The notes: generated by a model from the sequence alone, not told the origin. Positions 1-12,921 are shown, numbered from the stretch's first letter. The stretch is DNA of 64,000 bases from Amphiscolops sp. MND2022 (GCA_964187785.1 OZ076411.1:4898001-4962000); one strand, 5' to 3'. Translations and numbers: made by a program.

Positions 1-149
1 ATTTCGAATAAAATCATTTCAAAGTTCGGATGTACCGTTTTCATTTCTTGCATAACGTTATCGATTTTTTTAATCAATCCCCCAAGTTTCACATAATTTG
101 CGTCCAATGTAAAGCATTAGGGTCATGCTGCAGTACTACAAGACCTTTT

Positions 150-435
150 TGCATTTTCGAAAAATCTTTATTCAACCAGTGATATTAAGACCAAAGACCA
201 CGTCCTGGAAACACTTTTGTGCCTTGCTTTGGCTTTGTGAGACTTTGTTTCGATATTTGTTTCTCGAAGGGATCAATTGTTTTGATATTTTGCGACAGAA
301 AGGATGTTGAAAATTCAAAAGGGTGCACCAATTCGGTCCCTTTTGGGGTTTGTAGGGTACTATAGAAGGAAATACCTGACACTTTGAAGTTCTTTTGCTA
401 TTTTTGAGCCTTAGATATGGGACCGACTCGGCAGT
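150..435 (-). repeat. Partial copy of dispersed repeat family A
   Basis: Reverse complement of the family-A 5' block (CCATATCTAAGGCTCAAAAATAGCAAAAG) at ~395-422, plus internal motifs; boundaries approximate. Confidence 0.55.
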
Positions 436-963
436 AATCGGCTTGTTATTTTCCGCACACATAAGTGGGGGAGGAAAATCATGATCTGTGTCGCGTTTTC
501 TCCAAATTCTCTTATAAGATATAGGAAAAAAATTGCGTTTTACTAAAGAGGAAGCCAAAATATTGCGCTACTTCCGAAATTAGACGTTATACCTGAACTA
601 TATTGCATTTTACTGAGGAGGAGGCAGAGGTTCAAAAAATGCGCCCAGCACGCTATAACAGGAAGTTTGACGCTATATCCGAAATGAATTGATTTTTATA
701 AACTAAAGATGAAGCGTAGGTTTAAAAATATTTCGCTATATCCGAGTTTTGACGTTACATCCGAAGTATTTTGCGTTTTGCCAAGGAATTCAAATTTCAA
801 TTGAGCGTCTATTGGTGGTCAATTGAAGGCGAAAGTCTCCCGGTTCATAGCGGGCGTCTTGTTGAATTATGCCTGGTAAAAAACATCCCTCGAAGTGTGA
901 AAACTAGTAATTTCCAATTTTAACCGGGAATTTTCAGGATAAAAAACAGCCACTTTGTTAGAT

Positions 964-1770
964 ATGCCAAAGTGTCCTGTGAAAGACATTATTCAAATAT
1001 TTTAAAAGACTGGAACCATTTAAGCTACAAACAAACCGAAAAAGCCATCCAAAATTTGTCAAAGAAGCGTCCAAATTTTTTGTCCTTGGCAAAAATTTGC
1101 CCCGAACTTACGCCGGAGACCTGAAGCAAGTTTTTCTTTAAAATGGGTTTTTTGGATGAGTCAATTTTTAAGCTGATGCCGCAAACACGTGCGACGCAAA
1201 GATGAGTCCCGATGCGTGGCTTCAAATGGTACAAAAAAACCAAACAAATTCTGTGGTGGGTTATGGAGTTCTGGCATGCGTAAAATTGTGCGACTTGACA
1301 ACAATATGAATGTTGAAGTTTGCAGGGTTGTTCTTGATCGGTAATATGTGCCATTAATGAAAGAGGCAACTATTCTACAACAGGACAACGCCCCTTACCA
1401 TACGTCTCAGGACATAAATTATTTTCGAAGAATAAAGTTTTGCAATCATCCCTTATTGACTCCCTTTATCACATGGCCTCAACCTCATTGAGCATGTACG
1501 GTACGTCCTCAAAAACGCCGTTTACACCAAAAGAGAGAGAGAGAGAGACAATACTCGAGTTATGGGCCGAAATTGCGAAGGAATTTTATACCCTCCCTGA
1601 CAAGTAAATTCAAAAATTGTTAATTCCTTTCCAAAAAGACTTTCTGACGTCATTCGTTATCTCGCCAAGGTACTGATTTTACCCTTGTATATCGTATTCT
1701 GATATTTACTAATAAACTGTTTTGTTTTGAAACTTTTTGTGTAGTGGGGGAACAAATTGTTCCACAACTG
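964..1770 (+). mobile_element. Degenerate Tc1/mariner transposon remnant
   Basis: Broken frames give DESIF (~1155), QQDNAPYH (~1378-1400) and LNLIEHV (~1480), resembling Tc1 DESKF, QQDNAP and DLNPIE; right end ...TTGTTCCACAACTG followed by TA at 1771-1772; left TIR not found. Confidence 0.7.
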
Positions 1771-1946
1771 TAGTTTCTGCATATCTATTGTCTTAGTTAA
1801 ACTAGAAGTCAATTGTGCAAATCATATAAAAACCCTCAAGTTTGACAGGATGGGCGAATGATAACCCCTTTTCTGCTTATTGATTCAGCAAAAGCTTCAG
1901 ACACTACTTATTTAGTCATCACTTGCAATTTCATGTACTGCCCGAA

Positions 1947-2130
1947 CATGGTGCTAGCATGGTTCGTGCATGGTTCATGTATGGTTCATGCATGGTTCAT
2001 GTATGGTTCATGTATGGTTCATGTATGGTTCATGTATGGTTCATGTATGGTTCTTGCATGGTTCATGTATGGTTGGTGCATGGCTCGTGCATGGTTCTTG
2101 CATGGCTCATGTTATTTCGATGCATGGTCC
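1947..2130. repeat. 11-bp minisatellite (ATGGTTCATGT/GC), ~15 units
   Basis: Tandem units read directly. Confidence 0.95.
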
Positions 2131-2495
2131 TTGTTCTTGGTTTTGCATGGAATCGCATGATCCATCGATGATCAAATCGAGTATCAATAAAAAGGAATTT
2201 TCGAAAAATTTTCAAAGCTGAAAAAACCGGAAAATGTATATCAAGGTTGTATATCGATGGGTATGTTGTAACATAATTATTACATTATGATTACTTTTCG
2301 TAGTTTTTTGAAAGTTTTTCAATTTTTAAATATTTCTTTCGCGTTTGTTCACTTTTGACAATCAGCTATGTAGCTCAAACTCGACGATGAATTTGTCACA
2401 ACATATCTTGAAAATCTGACAATTTAAACGTACATTCCAAACGTAAACATCAAAGTTGTGGGGTAAACTAAAACGATTCGAGCACATTTGTAGTT

Positions 2496-2975
2496 CAAAC
2501 AAGCCGGGACCGGCCCAATTCGGCGCCATATCTAAGGCTCAAAAATAGCAAAAGGACTGCAAAGTGCAAAGTGTTCTCTTCTTCAGCACCAAATAAAATT
2601 TTTTGATAAAAAAGTCTCACATTGCCGAAAAAACAGAAGGGGACCCTTTGGGATTTTTCAACATCCATTCTGTCACAAAACTCCAAAAAATGAAGGGGGC
2701 CCTTTGAGGTAAAAAAAATTCAAAAAAGTCTCACAATGTCGAAAAAAAAACTGGAAGGGTGACCCTTTAAACTCGCCCGGCACTGCATGTTAAGGAAAAA
2801 CAGGAAAAACCTTTTTGGTTCAGTTCGCTAGGCCAAATGGTTCTTTTTGACACCATAAATTTTTGTAGAACTTGTAGAACTTTTTGGTCATTTCAGGTGT
2901 ATCGAAAAAAAACACTGACGAAAAGCCATGAATATATTCGACTCACTCTTTTCTGAAGAAAAGCGCCGACTAAAA
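2496..2975 (+). repeat. Dispersed non-autonomous repeat family A
   Basis: Starts AAACAAG..GGCCCAATTCGGCGCCATATCTAAGGCTC, has internal GGGACCCTTT and TCTCACAATG subrepeats, ends AAAGCGCCGACTAAAA; related copies at ~20286, ~23350 and ~59539. Confidence 0.75.
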
Positions 2976-4611
2976 TTGTCCCACAGGGTTCTATAAGTTT
3001 AGTCTTCTCTCGCTGAAAATTAACCCCATTATAAACTGGGGAAATATGCAAATTTGATGATTGGAAGAATTTGATATTGACGTCATTACGTCATCAAAAT
3101 GTTACTCCAAAAGTTTTTTTTAAATGCAAAATACTTTCACAGTAGAGGGATTTCTATTTTTGTGGAGACGAAAACACAGTTGTTGACAGTGTGACCTCTT
3201 TGCAAGATTTAATATAACCGCAAGCTAGTGAATACAAAAAGAAAGTAAACAAAACTCCCAAGGGGGATTTGTGGAAATCAATTGGAATTTCAAATTCAGG
3301 GGAGACCGTCGCAGCGAGGAATCAGAATTTGCATCGTACAGAAAACGGAAATGGGGTGAAACAGTTGATTTTTATATTAGGCTTCATACGTTATCTATGT
3401 GAAGCGTCAAGGAAAAAATCACAGGAATTTGTGTTCCCAATTGTCTCTCAAGTCTCTTTCTATCTACCAAAAATGCGCAAATAATGCTGTAACTTTCTCT
3501 TCCCGATTGGCCAGAAGTTTCAATGCTCAATTGAAAACCCCCAAGAACCTTTATAGAGAAAATAGAACTGAATATCATCATCAGATTAATGATCCATTGT
3601 AACGACAAGCTCTCACCATTGTCGCCGTAACCATAAGAGCAGGAGGAACACATGGCATGGGTATTTGCCCGGGACAGGCGCCCATGGCCATGAGTCCATT
3701 TTGCCTCCTTCGGGTAAGAAATGTCCCGTCAGAGGAGGATTCCGCTTCTTGTGATCCAGTCTGTAATTGCTATCAGTAGTGCGCATTACGCTTTTTCTTC
3801 GAAACCAACACTTAGACAGCCTTTAAAAAATGCAAGTGGCGGAAAGGAAAAATCAAGTTTTTTCGAAGTTACACAGGAGATCGAAGTAAGTAGCTCACGA
3901 GCTGTTACAACAAGAAAATACGAAAATTACTACATAATTAGCACTTTTGGGGCAGCAATTAGCCGGGGACACAAGCACGGATGCTTGGTCAAGCCAATTG
4001 ACTCATTTTCAGTAATCACAGCGTCTTGTAACGCTTCGCTGAAGAAAGCACTCGCTAGAACAAAGTTCAGTCCGTTTTGACAGAAATTTGAGTCTTTTTC
4101 TGACAGCGGCCGTGTTTTTCTGCAGTCTTCTCGTTCGGTTGGGGTCTCTCTCGAGTCTTCTGCTCAAATTCTCTTCAATTCTGTGGGCAGGTATTTGAAT
4201 AAAGACACGCTGCCGTCCAGCGGAATATGACTTTTCAGTAGAGGGGATATAGTCCCTTGAACGAAATTTTCATCGAAATTTTCGAAATCATGTATTCGAT
4301 AGGTAATCGCTACACATTCAAGCTTATCCGTCTGTCGTGCAATTAGTTCTATATTTAGAGTTTTCTTAGAATTTTGACAAAATTTGGAATTGTTCAGTTG
4401 TAAATTGAGTGTAACAAACTCTAATCAATAACTCGTTTTTCAGGCTAAGGTTGAGAAAAAGGTTTTGAAAAATATGTAGAAACTAAATTGGTATTGATTT
4501 CTAAATTCTTTTTATATTGTGGCTTCCCTATCATGTATCCTGAAATTTCAATTAAAACGGGTGACAAACAAGATTTTGCAGTGATTTGAAAGTGCATTCA
4601 GGCAAGAAGTT

Positions 4612-6487
4612 TGTCGCGACCCCAGAGGTGCCACGGAAATCATATGACAAGAGGAACGCCTGAAGAAGGAAGTGAGGAAACTGACCAGGTCAAGTCAGAA
4701 TCGCCATGAACAAATCTAAAATAGAAGACCAATAAACAACCTGATACTATTTAAATAACACGCAAAAGTACATTTCCTTCTTCTGTGCCGTACCTAAAAT
4801 AATAGATATGTAAATAATTATATATATTAATAGTGAACGCAGTGTTTGTTTAGCCAACGCGCTGACTGAAATCAATTCGATCGACGCGTCGACTGGGGAC
4901 TCGCCTCAGTGGCAGCAGTAAATTTCAATAAATCAACCTGTATTAGCCAATCAGATTTGAGCGCAGTTAATACAAATTGAAGAACTGAGGCAACGTCCCA
5001 GGCAGCTTACCAGTCCGCTGAAGCTGGGACGCTTGCTCAGTCAATCTACCTAATCAATCAATCATTAATAATCGATGCTAATTTTTGGATGAACTTTCCG
5101 CAGCTTAAAAGAAGCTATATACCAAAAGAACATCCAATGAATAATAATCGACGAAGCTTGAAGTATCTTTAACGTGCTCAATCCACCTTGTATTTGAGTC
5201 AACTTCCCAGGCAAAGCGCTAACTTTCTCTAATAAGACAATAGCCTGGACAGATGACCGAACGTATTTAATTGATACATGTCTTATAGTTAACCGAATAA
5301 CAACGTTGCCCCTGATAAACGTGATATTTGATAATAATATAGTAAAACAACCCCCAGTGCTACTTTTTCAGTCCCCACATGCAGTGTTTTGTTAATATAT
5401 AGTTGAGTCAATCGCCCGGTCAACCGGCCAGGCTACTCTAAATGAAACTCGTTACCTGGAGTTCGCCCAGGATTTTGTTGTTAGCTTCAATTACAGCGCC
5501 AATTAACGGCCATAATCATCTGATCTAGAAGAAATCAGTGCTGTTAATTTATTTATTTGATGTTCCTCTTAATTAACTAGCAGTAAAATTTGGGATTATT
5601 CGATGATAATTTCACTTTCCTTTCCCGCTTCAGTAGCTAGGTTCATGAATTTTCAGTGCCAACTTCGGTTCGGCGTCCTGAATTGGCGGGGAATGAAGAA
5701 GAAGTAACGCGGAATTGGGACTCGGCAGGAAGTGTATCCCACTTTTCCTTTGAAGTGAGAGCCCATTCCCGAGGAAGCGGACCTAATTTGGACTTCCTTG
5801 CCTCGGATGGATGCCGAGCTGAACAAGGTGTGAATTCACGCGCGGGATTTATCCCGCGTGTCTAGCGAAAAGTATTTATACCTGAAGCGGGTTAAGGGAA
5901 GGACCAGAATATTTTATGATTTTTGCAGATCGTTCACTTTCACGGTTGAATATTTTCGTAATTTTCGCTTACTTTGATAATTGTTGCCTTTAAAATTTGT
6001 TTGTTATTCTCCTTCCCAGTTTCATAGTGAAGACTTGGATATTAATCATTTGACTAATGGTATCGTTTGGGAATAGTTTAAGGCCTACAATCGCCAATAA
6101 TATTTAATTCAGCTGTTTCCTAACTCTAAAATTTTCCCTGAAAAATGCCCGAAAAAACCCAGAAAAGAAAGCTACGGAGTGACCAGAGTACTAGTCAAAT
6201 GGATGTAGAAATAGCTAGTTCGACTAACGACGAAAATGTCTTGCTATCAGATAGAGATTTTGAAGATATCTCTAGTAAAGTCGAAAATAGATTCTCCAAG
6301 CGTCTTAGGGACACTGAAATAAACCAACGTGAAATTCTAAAGCTAATCGAAAATTTGTCATCCAAAGTCGACAACTTAGCTAACGTAAATCCTGGACAGA
6401 ATTCCTTGACATTCGAAACTGGAATCAGTGAAATCCCTAATGACGAATTAGAAGAAGTAGAACCCGCAAGGAGTGTTAACTCCAACA
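4612..6487 (+). repeat. 5' LTR of element 1 (1876 bp)
   Basis: Matches 18033-19914 with about 12 substitutions and 3 small indels counted by eye. Confidence 0.97.
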
Positions 6488-7558
6488 TGGTGACAGGAGT
6501 CCTTAACGAACCAACGACCAGCAATAACACCCATGCCCGATCTTCAAGCCTGCCACCCCCAAACCAGAGGCACTCAGACGAAATTATAGACAAACTACTA
6601 GAATCACTATACGCAACACACAAACAAGCTCCAAATCTCCCTCGCTTACCGAAGGCCCTAGCAACAACGATGCCAACATTCGACGGTAAGACAGAAAAAT
6701 TTGAACTCTTCGAGGACCTGTTTCAAACTAGCCTGAAGGTCCACCCACAAATAACGGAACAAAAGAAAATACATTATTTTCACTCGCTCCTGCGAGGAGA
6801 CGCCTTGCAAACGTTTCGCAATATGACTGAAACAACCAAAACCAACCTAAGCGACATTATAGCTGCATTCAGAAGAAGATATGTCAAAACACAATCGGTG
6901 GCCACCGCCAGATGTAAGTGGGAAAACCTTACATTTGACCCCGCCAACCAAACTTTCCAAGACTTCTTGGAGAACTACCAAAAGCTAGCCCAGGAGGCAT
7001 ACGCGGAAGATGCACCCAGATTCATTGAGACCTCCTTTTACGCGAAAATGCCCACTCACCTTAAAAGAGTACTAAATCAAGCTCGCCTCGAAACGGCATC
7101 CTATGAAACAATGGTACAACACTTAGAGAGGGAAATGGAGCTTAACGGATTAGCGAACCCAGATTCTACGACACTTACGGGCATACATAACGTAGAACCC
7201 ACCAACAACCACAACCAGAAACGACCCCCAAAAACCGCAAGCACATGTTTTGGTTGTGGACATCAAGGCCATCTCCTCCGCAACTGTAGGAAAACAAATA
7301 GAGATAAGCGAAACCAAAAGACCACCAACACAACTGTCACCAATCCATGCGAAACATGTGGCAAACTAAGCCACGAAACAAAGGACTGCTATTCAGGAGC
7401 GAACTGGGCAAACCGCCCCACATGGTGGAAGACACCTAAACCAACAGGCTCCAACAGCATCCCCCTACCGCAACAAACAACAAGTTCTACAACAACCTCA
7501 AACAAACCAGCAACCACAAACCGTGGTACAACAATCCAACCAGCCAAAAAACTATTAA
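6145..7558 (+). CDS. gag: Gag of element 1 (two zinc knuckles); ATG lies inside the 5' LTR
   Basis: PTFDGKTEKFELFEDLF capsid-like block; knuckles CFGCGHQGHLLRNC and CETCGKLSHETKDC; inferred native end QPKNY* at 7541-7558, bypassed in this copy by an extra A at ~7475-7477. Confidence 0.85.
6488..6500 (+). promoter_or_regulatory. Primer-binding site TGGTGACAGGAGT (probably tRNA-Leu)
   Basis: Directly after the LTR end; identical in element 2; one mismatch from the tRNA-Leu-type PBS TGGTGTCAGGAGT. Confidence 0.8.
7546..7552 (+). promoter_or_regulatory. -1 ribosomal frameshift slippery heptamer A AAA AAC
   Basis: Just before the native gag stop; pol is in the -1 frame; same heptamer in elements 2 and 3. 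Confidence 0.75.
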
Positions 7559-10500
7559 AGCCACGTCTTCGCTTCGGGGACTACACCGATTTCAGATACT
7601 ACACCATATCTGAACCCCCGAAGGACTTCGACAAAGAATTGTTTATGGAATGCTCTGGAGAACCATCAGTCGACTGGCAGCGACGATGGCTCATCCGACG
7701 TCTCATTAAACTCAATAAAAACACCCTCGACAAACTCCCCTACCCTGACCGGTACACCCAAAACCCTACCCACTACAACTCCACCCGAAGACCACTACTT
7801 CCCAGCTCCACACCCGAAACTTACATTTATGACCCCGACTTTCAATGTGACCCGTACTACAACGAAACTCTCTACGACACAGAAAACCTTGTCTTCAGAC
7901 AATCTATCAATGTACCGTTTCACGAATTCATAGCCAGAACCAACATGGACATCTCAACAGCTCCAAAAAAGAAAGACGACACAAATCATACTCCCGAACC
8001 ACAGGCTGAAGAAGAGCACGACAAGGAAATCACAGTGATTGTGTCACCATCGACAACACCCCTCAAGTCGATACTCAGACACAACAACGCATCGCCACTG
8101 ACTGTACAACAGTCACCCAAGAAACTCCCAGCCACCTCCAACAAAATCCGGGCAGCTATGACATCGTCTCCCTCTAGCCCAGAGAGCCCCGAACACCGAT
8201 ATTCCACCCATGAATCCCTGGGAAACAACAAAGAAGCCGGGGACCTCATACAGGCAAATCAACCTGCAACAAATCCCCGGACCCGCCGCGTTAAACGAAG
8301 ACTAACCAGTGAGTTCAATCTAACAGAGAAACCCAATCCTACAACACATAACTTTCCCAGTGAAACCCAAACCCCCACCAACGAGACACACAAACCAGAA
8401 CAAGATGAGGATTGGATACACACTAACAAACAACTTAACGAAATCGCAATCACAGATCCAGAAACGAGTGAAAAGGGCATACCAATATTCTCTGCCATCC
8501 ACCTAAAAAAGAAGCGAAAGATGCTTTTCGCCCCAATGGACTTCAACAATTTATCCGTAGACGCACTCGTTGACTCGGGAGCACTCGTCAACTGCCTACC
8601 GGAAAGCGAACTCCAGAAGATTAAATCAGTCAGCCCAGACAACATACTCAAAGAAATGGACCCACCTGACCTTCAAACTACAAGTCGCAAACGGCGACAT
8701 AGAAACACCGACGAAAACCGTCCAACTCCAATTTGAACTAGGAGATTGGACGTTCAAAGAGACGTTCATTGTAGCTACAAAAATGACAGGTCCTATCCTT
8801 GGGCTAACTTTCCTCAAAAACAACAGCGCCATCTTAGACGTAAGCCAGGCCCTGCTACATTTCCCACACCTGACCTACGCAATCGCTGCCGATGACAATG
8901 AGACAGTCTCACGTCACCATAAAGTGACCATCAAAAACCAACTCACTATCATGCCCGACCAGTGCATGACAATCGAAGCTGGCATTAACCTCCGCACTAT
9001 AACTAACACTACAGGAATCATCCACCCAACCGAGCAGTACCCTGGAGAACACCAACTAGTAGTGGCCAGCTCCCTATCTACGGTCTCAAACTCGAAAATC
9101 GAAATACGAGTCACCAATACATCACCGAATCCTTTCACCCTCAAAAAGAATGCCAACGTCGCGGAATTCACCATACTGTCACCCCAAGAAGCCAAACAAC
9201 TCCACCCTCTCAACTCTGCAGCTCTCAAGGTACTAGCGGAAGACAACACAGAACAGGCTCTCGAGTATGTCAACGAACTCTTGAAATCATCCGAAAAACC
9301 CCAGACAAATCAAAACTTCTGGTTCCCCACACCAGACAACCCGGGAGACTCATCGACACACACTCCCATCAAGAGCCGAATCCTCAGAGAAATAGAAGAA
9401 CTGGAAAGCATCCAGAAACTAAACCCACACAACAGTCCCGAAGATAGAGCAGCCTTCTTAGCCAACTTCAAATGGACCGACTCACAACTTAGCGACGAAG
9501 ACAAAAAGGACATCGAAGAAATCCTTGTCGAATACAACGACATCTTTGCAAGGCACCGCCTTGACATTGGAATCAACAATGAATTCAAAATAAAACTCAC
9601 CCCCAAATCAGAACAACCTGCGTACACCCAAAGCTTACCCTGCCCAGTCAATCTGAAGGAGGATCTGACAGTTGAGCTAGCACTGATGCACTACTACGGC
9701 ATCATCACAACTCTTCCCTTCAGCAAGTACGCAAGCCCAATCTTCGCGCAAAGAAAACCCAACGGACGTCTTCGCCTCCTCGTTGACCTAAGAAAGATCA
9801 AAACCTTATATCTGACGATTATATAAACAACAACCACCCAGTGAGCACCCTCTCGGACGCTGCGCAGCACCTAGCCGGAAAGAAACTGTTCTGCAAGCTT
9901 GACTGCTCGCAAGCCTACCATGTCCTGCAAATGGCGGACCAGAAATCAGTGGAACTCCTGGCGTTCAACTTTGCCAGTCGGACATTCGCCTACCTGCGAC
10001 TCGCACAAGGGCTCAGCAGATCCCTCTCTTCCTTCTCGAGCTTTATGCGGGAGTACCTCGATCGAGTCATAAAAGCTGACAAGTGTGCCCAATACGTTGA
10101 CGACATCGGGATAGCAACCCATACTGCCGAGGAGCTGAAGAACAACCTGCGTGAGGTCTTCCAGTGCATTAGGGAAGCAGGTCTGCGTCTGACAATGGCC
10201 AAATGCCAGTTCGGTGCCAAGGAAGTTGAATTCCTTGGACGAACAGTATCACCCGAAGGCATCGCCCCACAGTCCCACAAGATCAAAAATTACCTCCAAA
10301 AACTGTCGTTCCCAAAGACCAAAAAGGGCCTACAAAGGTACATCGGTTTCGTTAACTATTATCGGAACTACATACCTCGCCTCTCCGAAAAAATAGCACC
10401 CTTTCACGAATTGGTCAAAGCGGACAAGCCGATCAAAATAACACACGAAATCATCGCGACATTTGAACACATTAACAAGGCACTCGACAATGCTTGTGGA

Positions 10501-12921
10501 CTATGGCTGAAACAGCCCCTACCAAACAAGCAATACGTCCTCATGACAGACGCGAACTTCAAGAATGCCGGCTATGCCTTAATGATCGAAGAAAACGCTG
10601 ATGAAAAACTGACTTCAGTCAAAAAGTCATATGCCCCAGTCGCGTTCGGATCTAAAACATTCTCTCCGTCGCAAATCAAAATGTCGATATATGCCAAAGA
10701 ATTCCTGGCTATATATTTTGCCTTCATGGAATACAGCCACATTTTGTGGGGATCGACCAAACCAGTCATCGTCCTAACAGACAACAAATCTGTTACACGA
10801 TTTTTCCAGACCAAAATAATACCGCCAGCTTTGTGGAACGCCTGCGATTTTGTCCTACAGTTTAATTTTACAATCGCCCACGTCCCAGGAAGGATGAACA
10901 CTGCCGCCGATTTCCTCTCACGACTTGACCTGGACCCAAAAGAGAAAGTCCAACTCTTAATAAGAGACGACATTCAAACCGCACCAATAGAAGTGCACAT
11001 TCAATCTTCCAACGTAGCCGAAGAAGAGCAATTCTACTTCCTACCCGATGACAACATCGAAACGGAAGAGCAGATTTGGGAGAGGAAACAAAGAGCCCGT
11101 AAAAAGATCTTAAAGAACGACACCCCACAAACGCCAGAAGAAGAAACAAACGACGCCACGACCCAATCAGAAGAAACCACCATCGTATTTCAAACGGAAA
11201 TATCAAGACGTACTGAAAATCCAGAAGAGAAGGAAAGAACCTTCCCTCGCGATATGCGACACCAGCAGGACCAAGACAAGGTCCTCCGAAATTATAAACT
11301 ACGTCTCCTCAAAGAACCATACGACGAACACCTAATGGCCACAGACCACAGGGCAATCCACTACACCGCGCAAGAATCCCGAATCATACTCAAGGACGGA
11401 CTGCTATACCGGCAGTACTTCGGAGAGACCGGCGCAGTCAAATACCTACAGGTCTTACTCCCAGAACAACTCGTTGACTCGTTCATCGAAGCCCACCATG
11501 GAATGCACGACAGACATCCCGGAATAACTAAAGCAATACAACAGTGCAGAGAAAAATACTACTACCCAAATCTTGCGGCCAAAATAGCCAAACACATCAA
11601 CCAATGCATGAAATGCATGCAAACAAAACGAACAGACAATCGCCTCCTCACACCGCCAATGATTAATACATCAAAACTGGCAATGGGACCAGAAGATGCC
11701 TTACAAATGGATATCGTCCCATTCGATGAACCATCCAACGGATTTACAGCAATAGTCACCGCAAAGGACATATTTTCACGCTACCTATTCACATACTGCG
11801 TTACCAGAATAGATGCAAAGACAGTTGCAAGAATACTAGTGGATATCATGACCAGACACGCCTACCTCCCTACCACAATCATAACCGACAAAGGAACCCA
11901 ATTCATGTCAGAAGTAGTGGCCGACACCACACGAGTGCTGGGCATCCAACTACGACACGCCACAACAAAGCATGCCCAAACAATAGGCATCCTGGAACGT
12001 TGCCACGCATCCCTGAAGGAAGCCCTGAAAATCTCAACAGGAGAAAGGAGAACAATGTGGCACCAATTCGTACCTGCAGCCACCCTCAATTATAACACAA
12101 CCTACCATTCAGCGATAGGGTGTGAACCCAGTCGAGTGTTCCATGGTAGAGTTCCATACAATATTCTGGACCTCAAATTCGGTCTCAAACCAAACCAAAA
12201 CAGGAACCCGACAACGGACGTAGGCGAAGAAGTCGTCCAGAAAACCCGGATGATACACGAATCAGTGAGTAAACACCTTCTCCACTCCTACATAAAGTAC
12301 AAACAGTACTACGATAAAAAAGCTTCTGCCCACCCCTTAACAACGAATGATTACTGTTATGCCCTACACCCTCAGGCAAACACACAGGGATCAAAACTAC
12401 CCTTCCGAGAATACTTATGGACAGGGCCATTTGTAGTAGTCAAAACCCTTCCTAACAACAACTACCTGATCCGCAAGTTGCAAACCAACAAAACACAAAT
12501 CCTACACCGGATACGCCTGAAACCGTGCCCTACTAAAGAACGCCTACCAGACATTCAAGTCCAATCTAAAGACTTCCAACCAGACAATGAAGTCGAGATT
12601 TTACATGACGACTTATACGCCCTGGCATGGCAGTCTGGGTTTGAACACTTCGTGATGTCACCCGAACACAAAGCGAGTAACGAACCGGAGATTACACCAG
12701 CTGACAGGGAAGACAACCCGGAAACTGCCGCCCAGGACGTTGACCCAGACCCCCCTCTAGAAAGCCAGCCAGACCAACCGGAAATCGCACCCGAAACCGA
12801 CCCTAACCCAGAACCCAGTTCTCCCCGGAAAGGAAAATACAACCTACGCAGTAACCCCCCTTCAAATTGGAAAAGAGATTATGCTTATTACGACTCCGTG
12901 GTCGTTGACACAAACGAATAG
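7546..12921 (+). pseudogene. pol: Pol of element 1 (spacer, PR, RT, RNase H, IN) with frameshifts at ~8666-8671 and ~9802
   Basis: DSGA protease, YVDD RT, TDAN RNase H, HHCC zinc finger, integrase core and WTGPF (GPY/F) motif, spread over ORFs 6145-8736, 8570-9826 and 9841-12921. Confidence 0.93.

Noticed and set aside
1947-2130. Possible CRISPR-like array
   Set aside because: Units are contiguous with no unique spacers, and the context is eukaryotic.
1858-2221. Three overlapping Met/Cys/His/Trp-rich ORFs
   Set aside because: All are translations of the 11-bp minisatellite.
3721-4080. 119-aa ORF upstream of element 1
   Set aside because: No recognisable motif, splice context or homologue within the window.
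5656-5865. 69-aa ORF present in both element 1 LTRs
   Set aside because: GTG start, short, no counterpart in other LTRs; duplicated only because the LTR is.
6195-12842. Minus-strand ORFs overlapping gag and pol (also 39184-45565)
   Set aside because: Shadow frames of biased coding sequence, with no conservation between elements.
12555-12921. Chromodomain at the integrase C-terminus
   Set aside because: Tails of both elements are acidic and Pro-rich, ending in a KYNLR/RYNLR motif; no chromodomain pattern.
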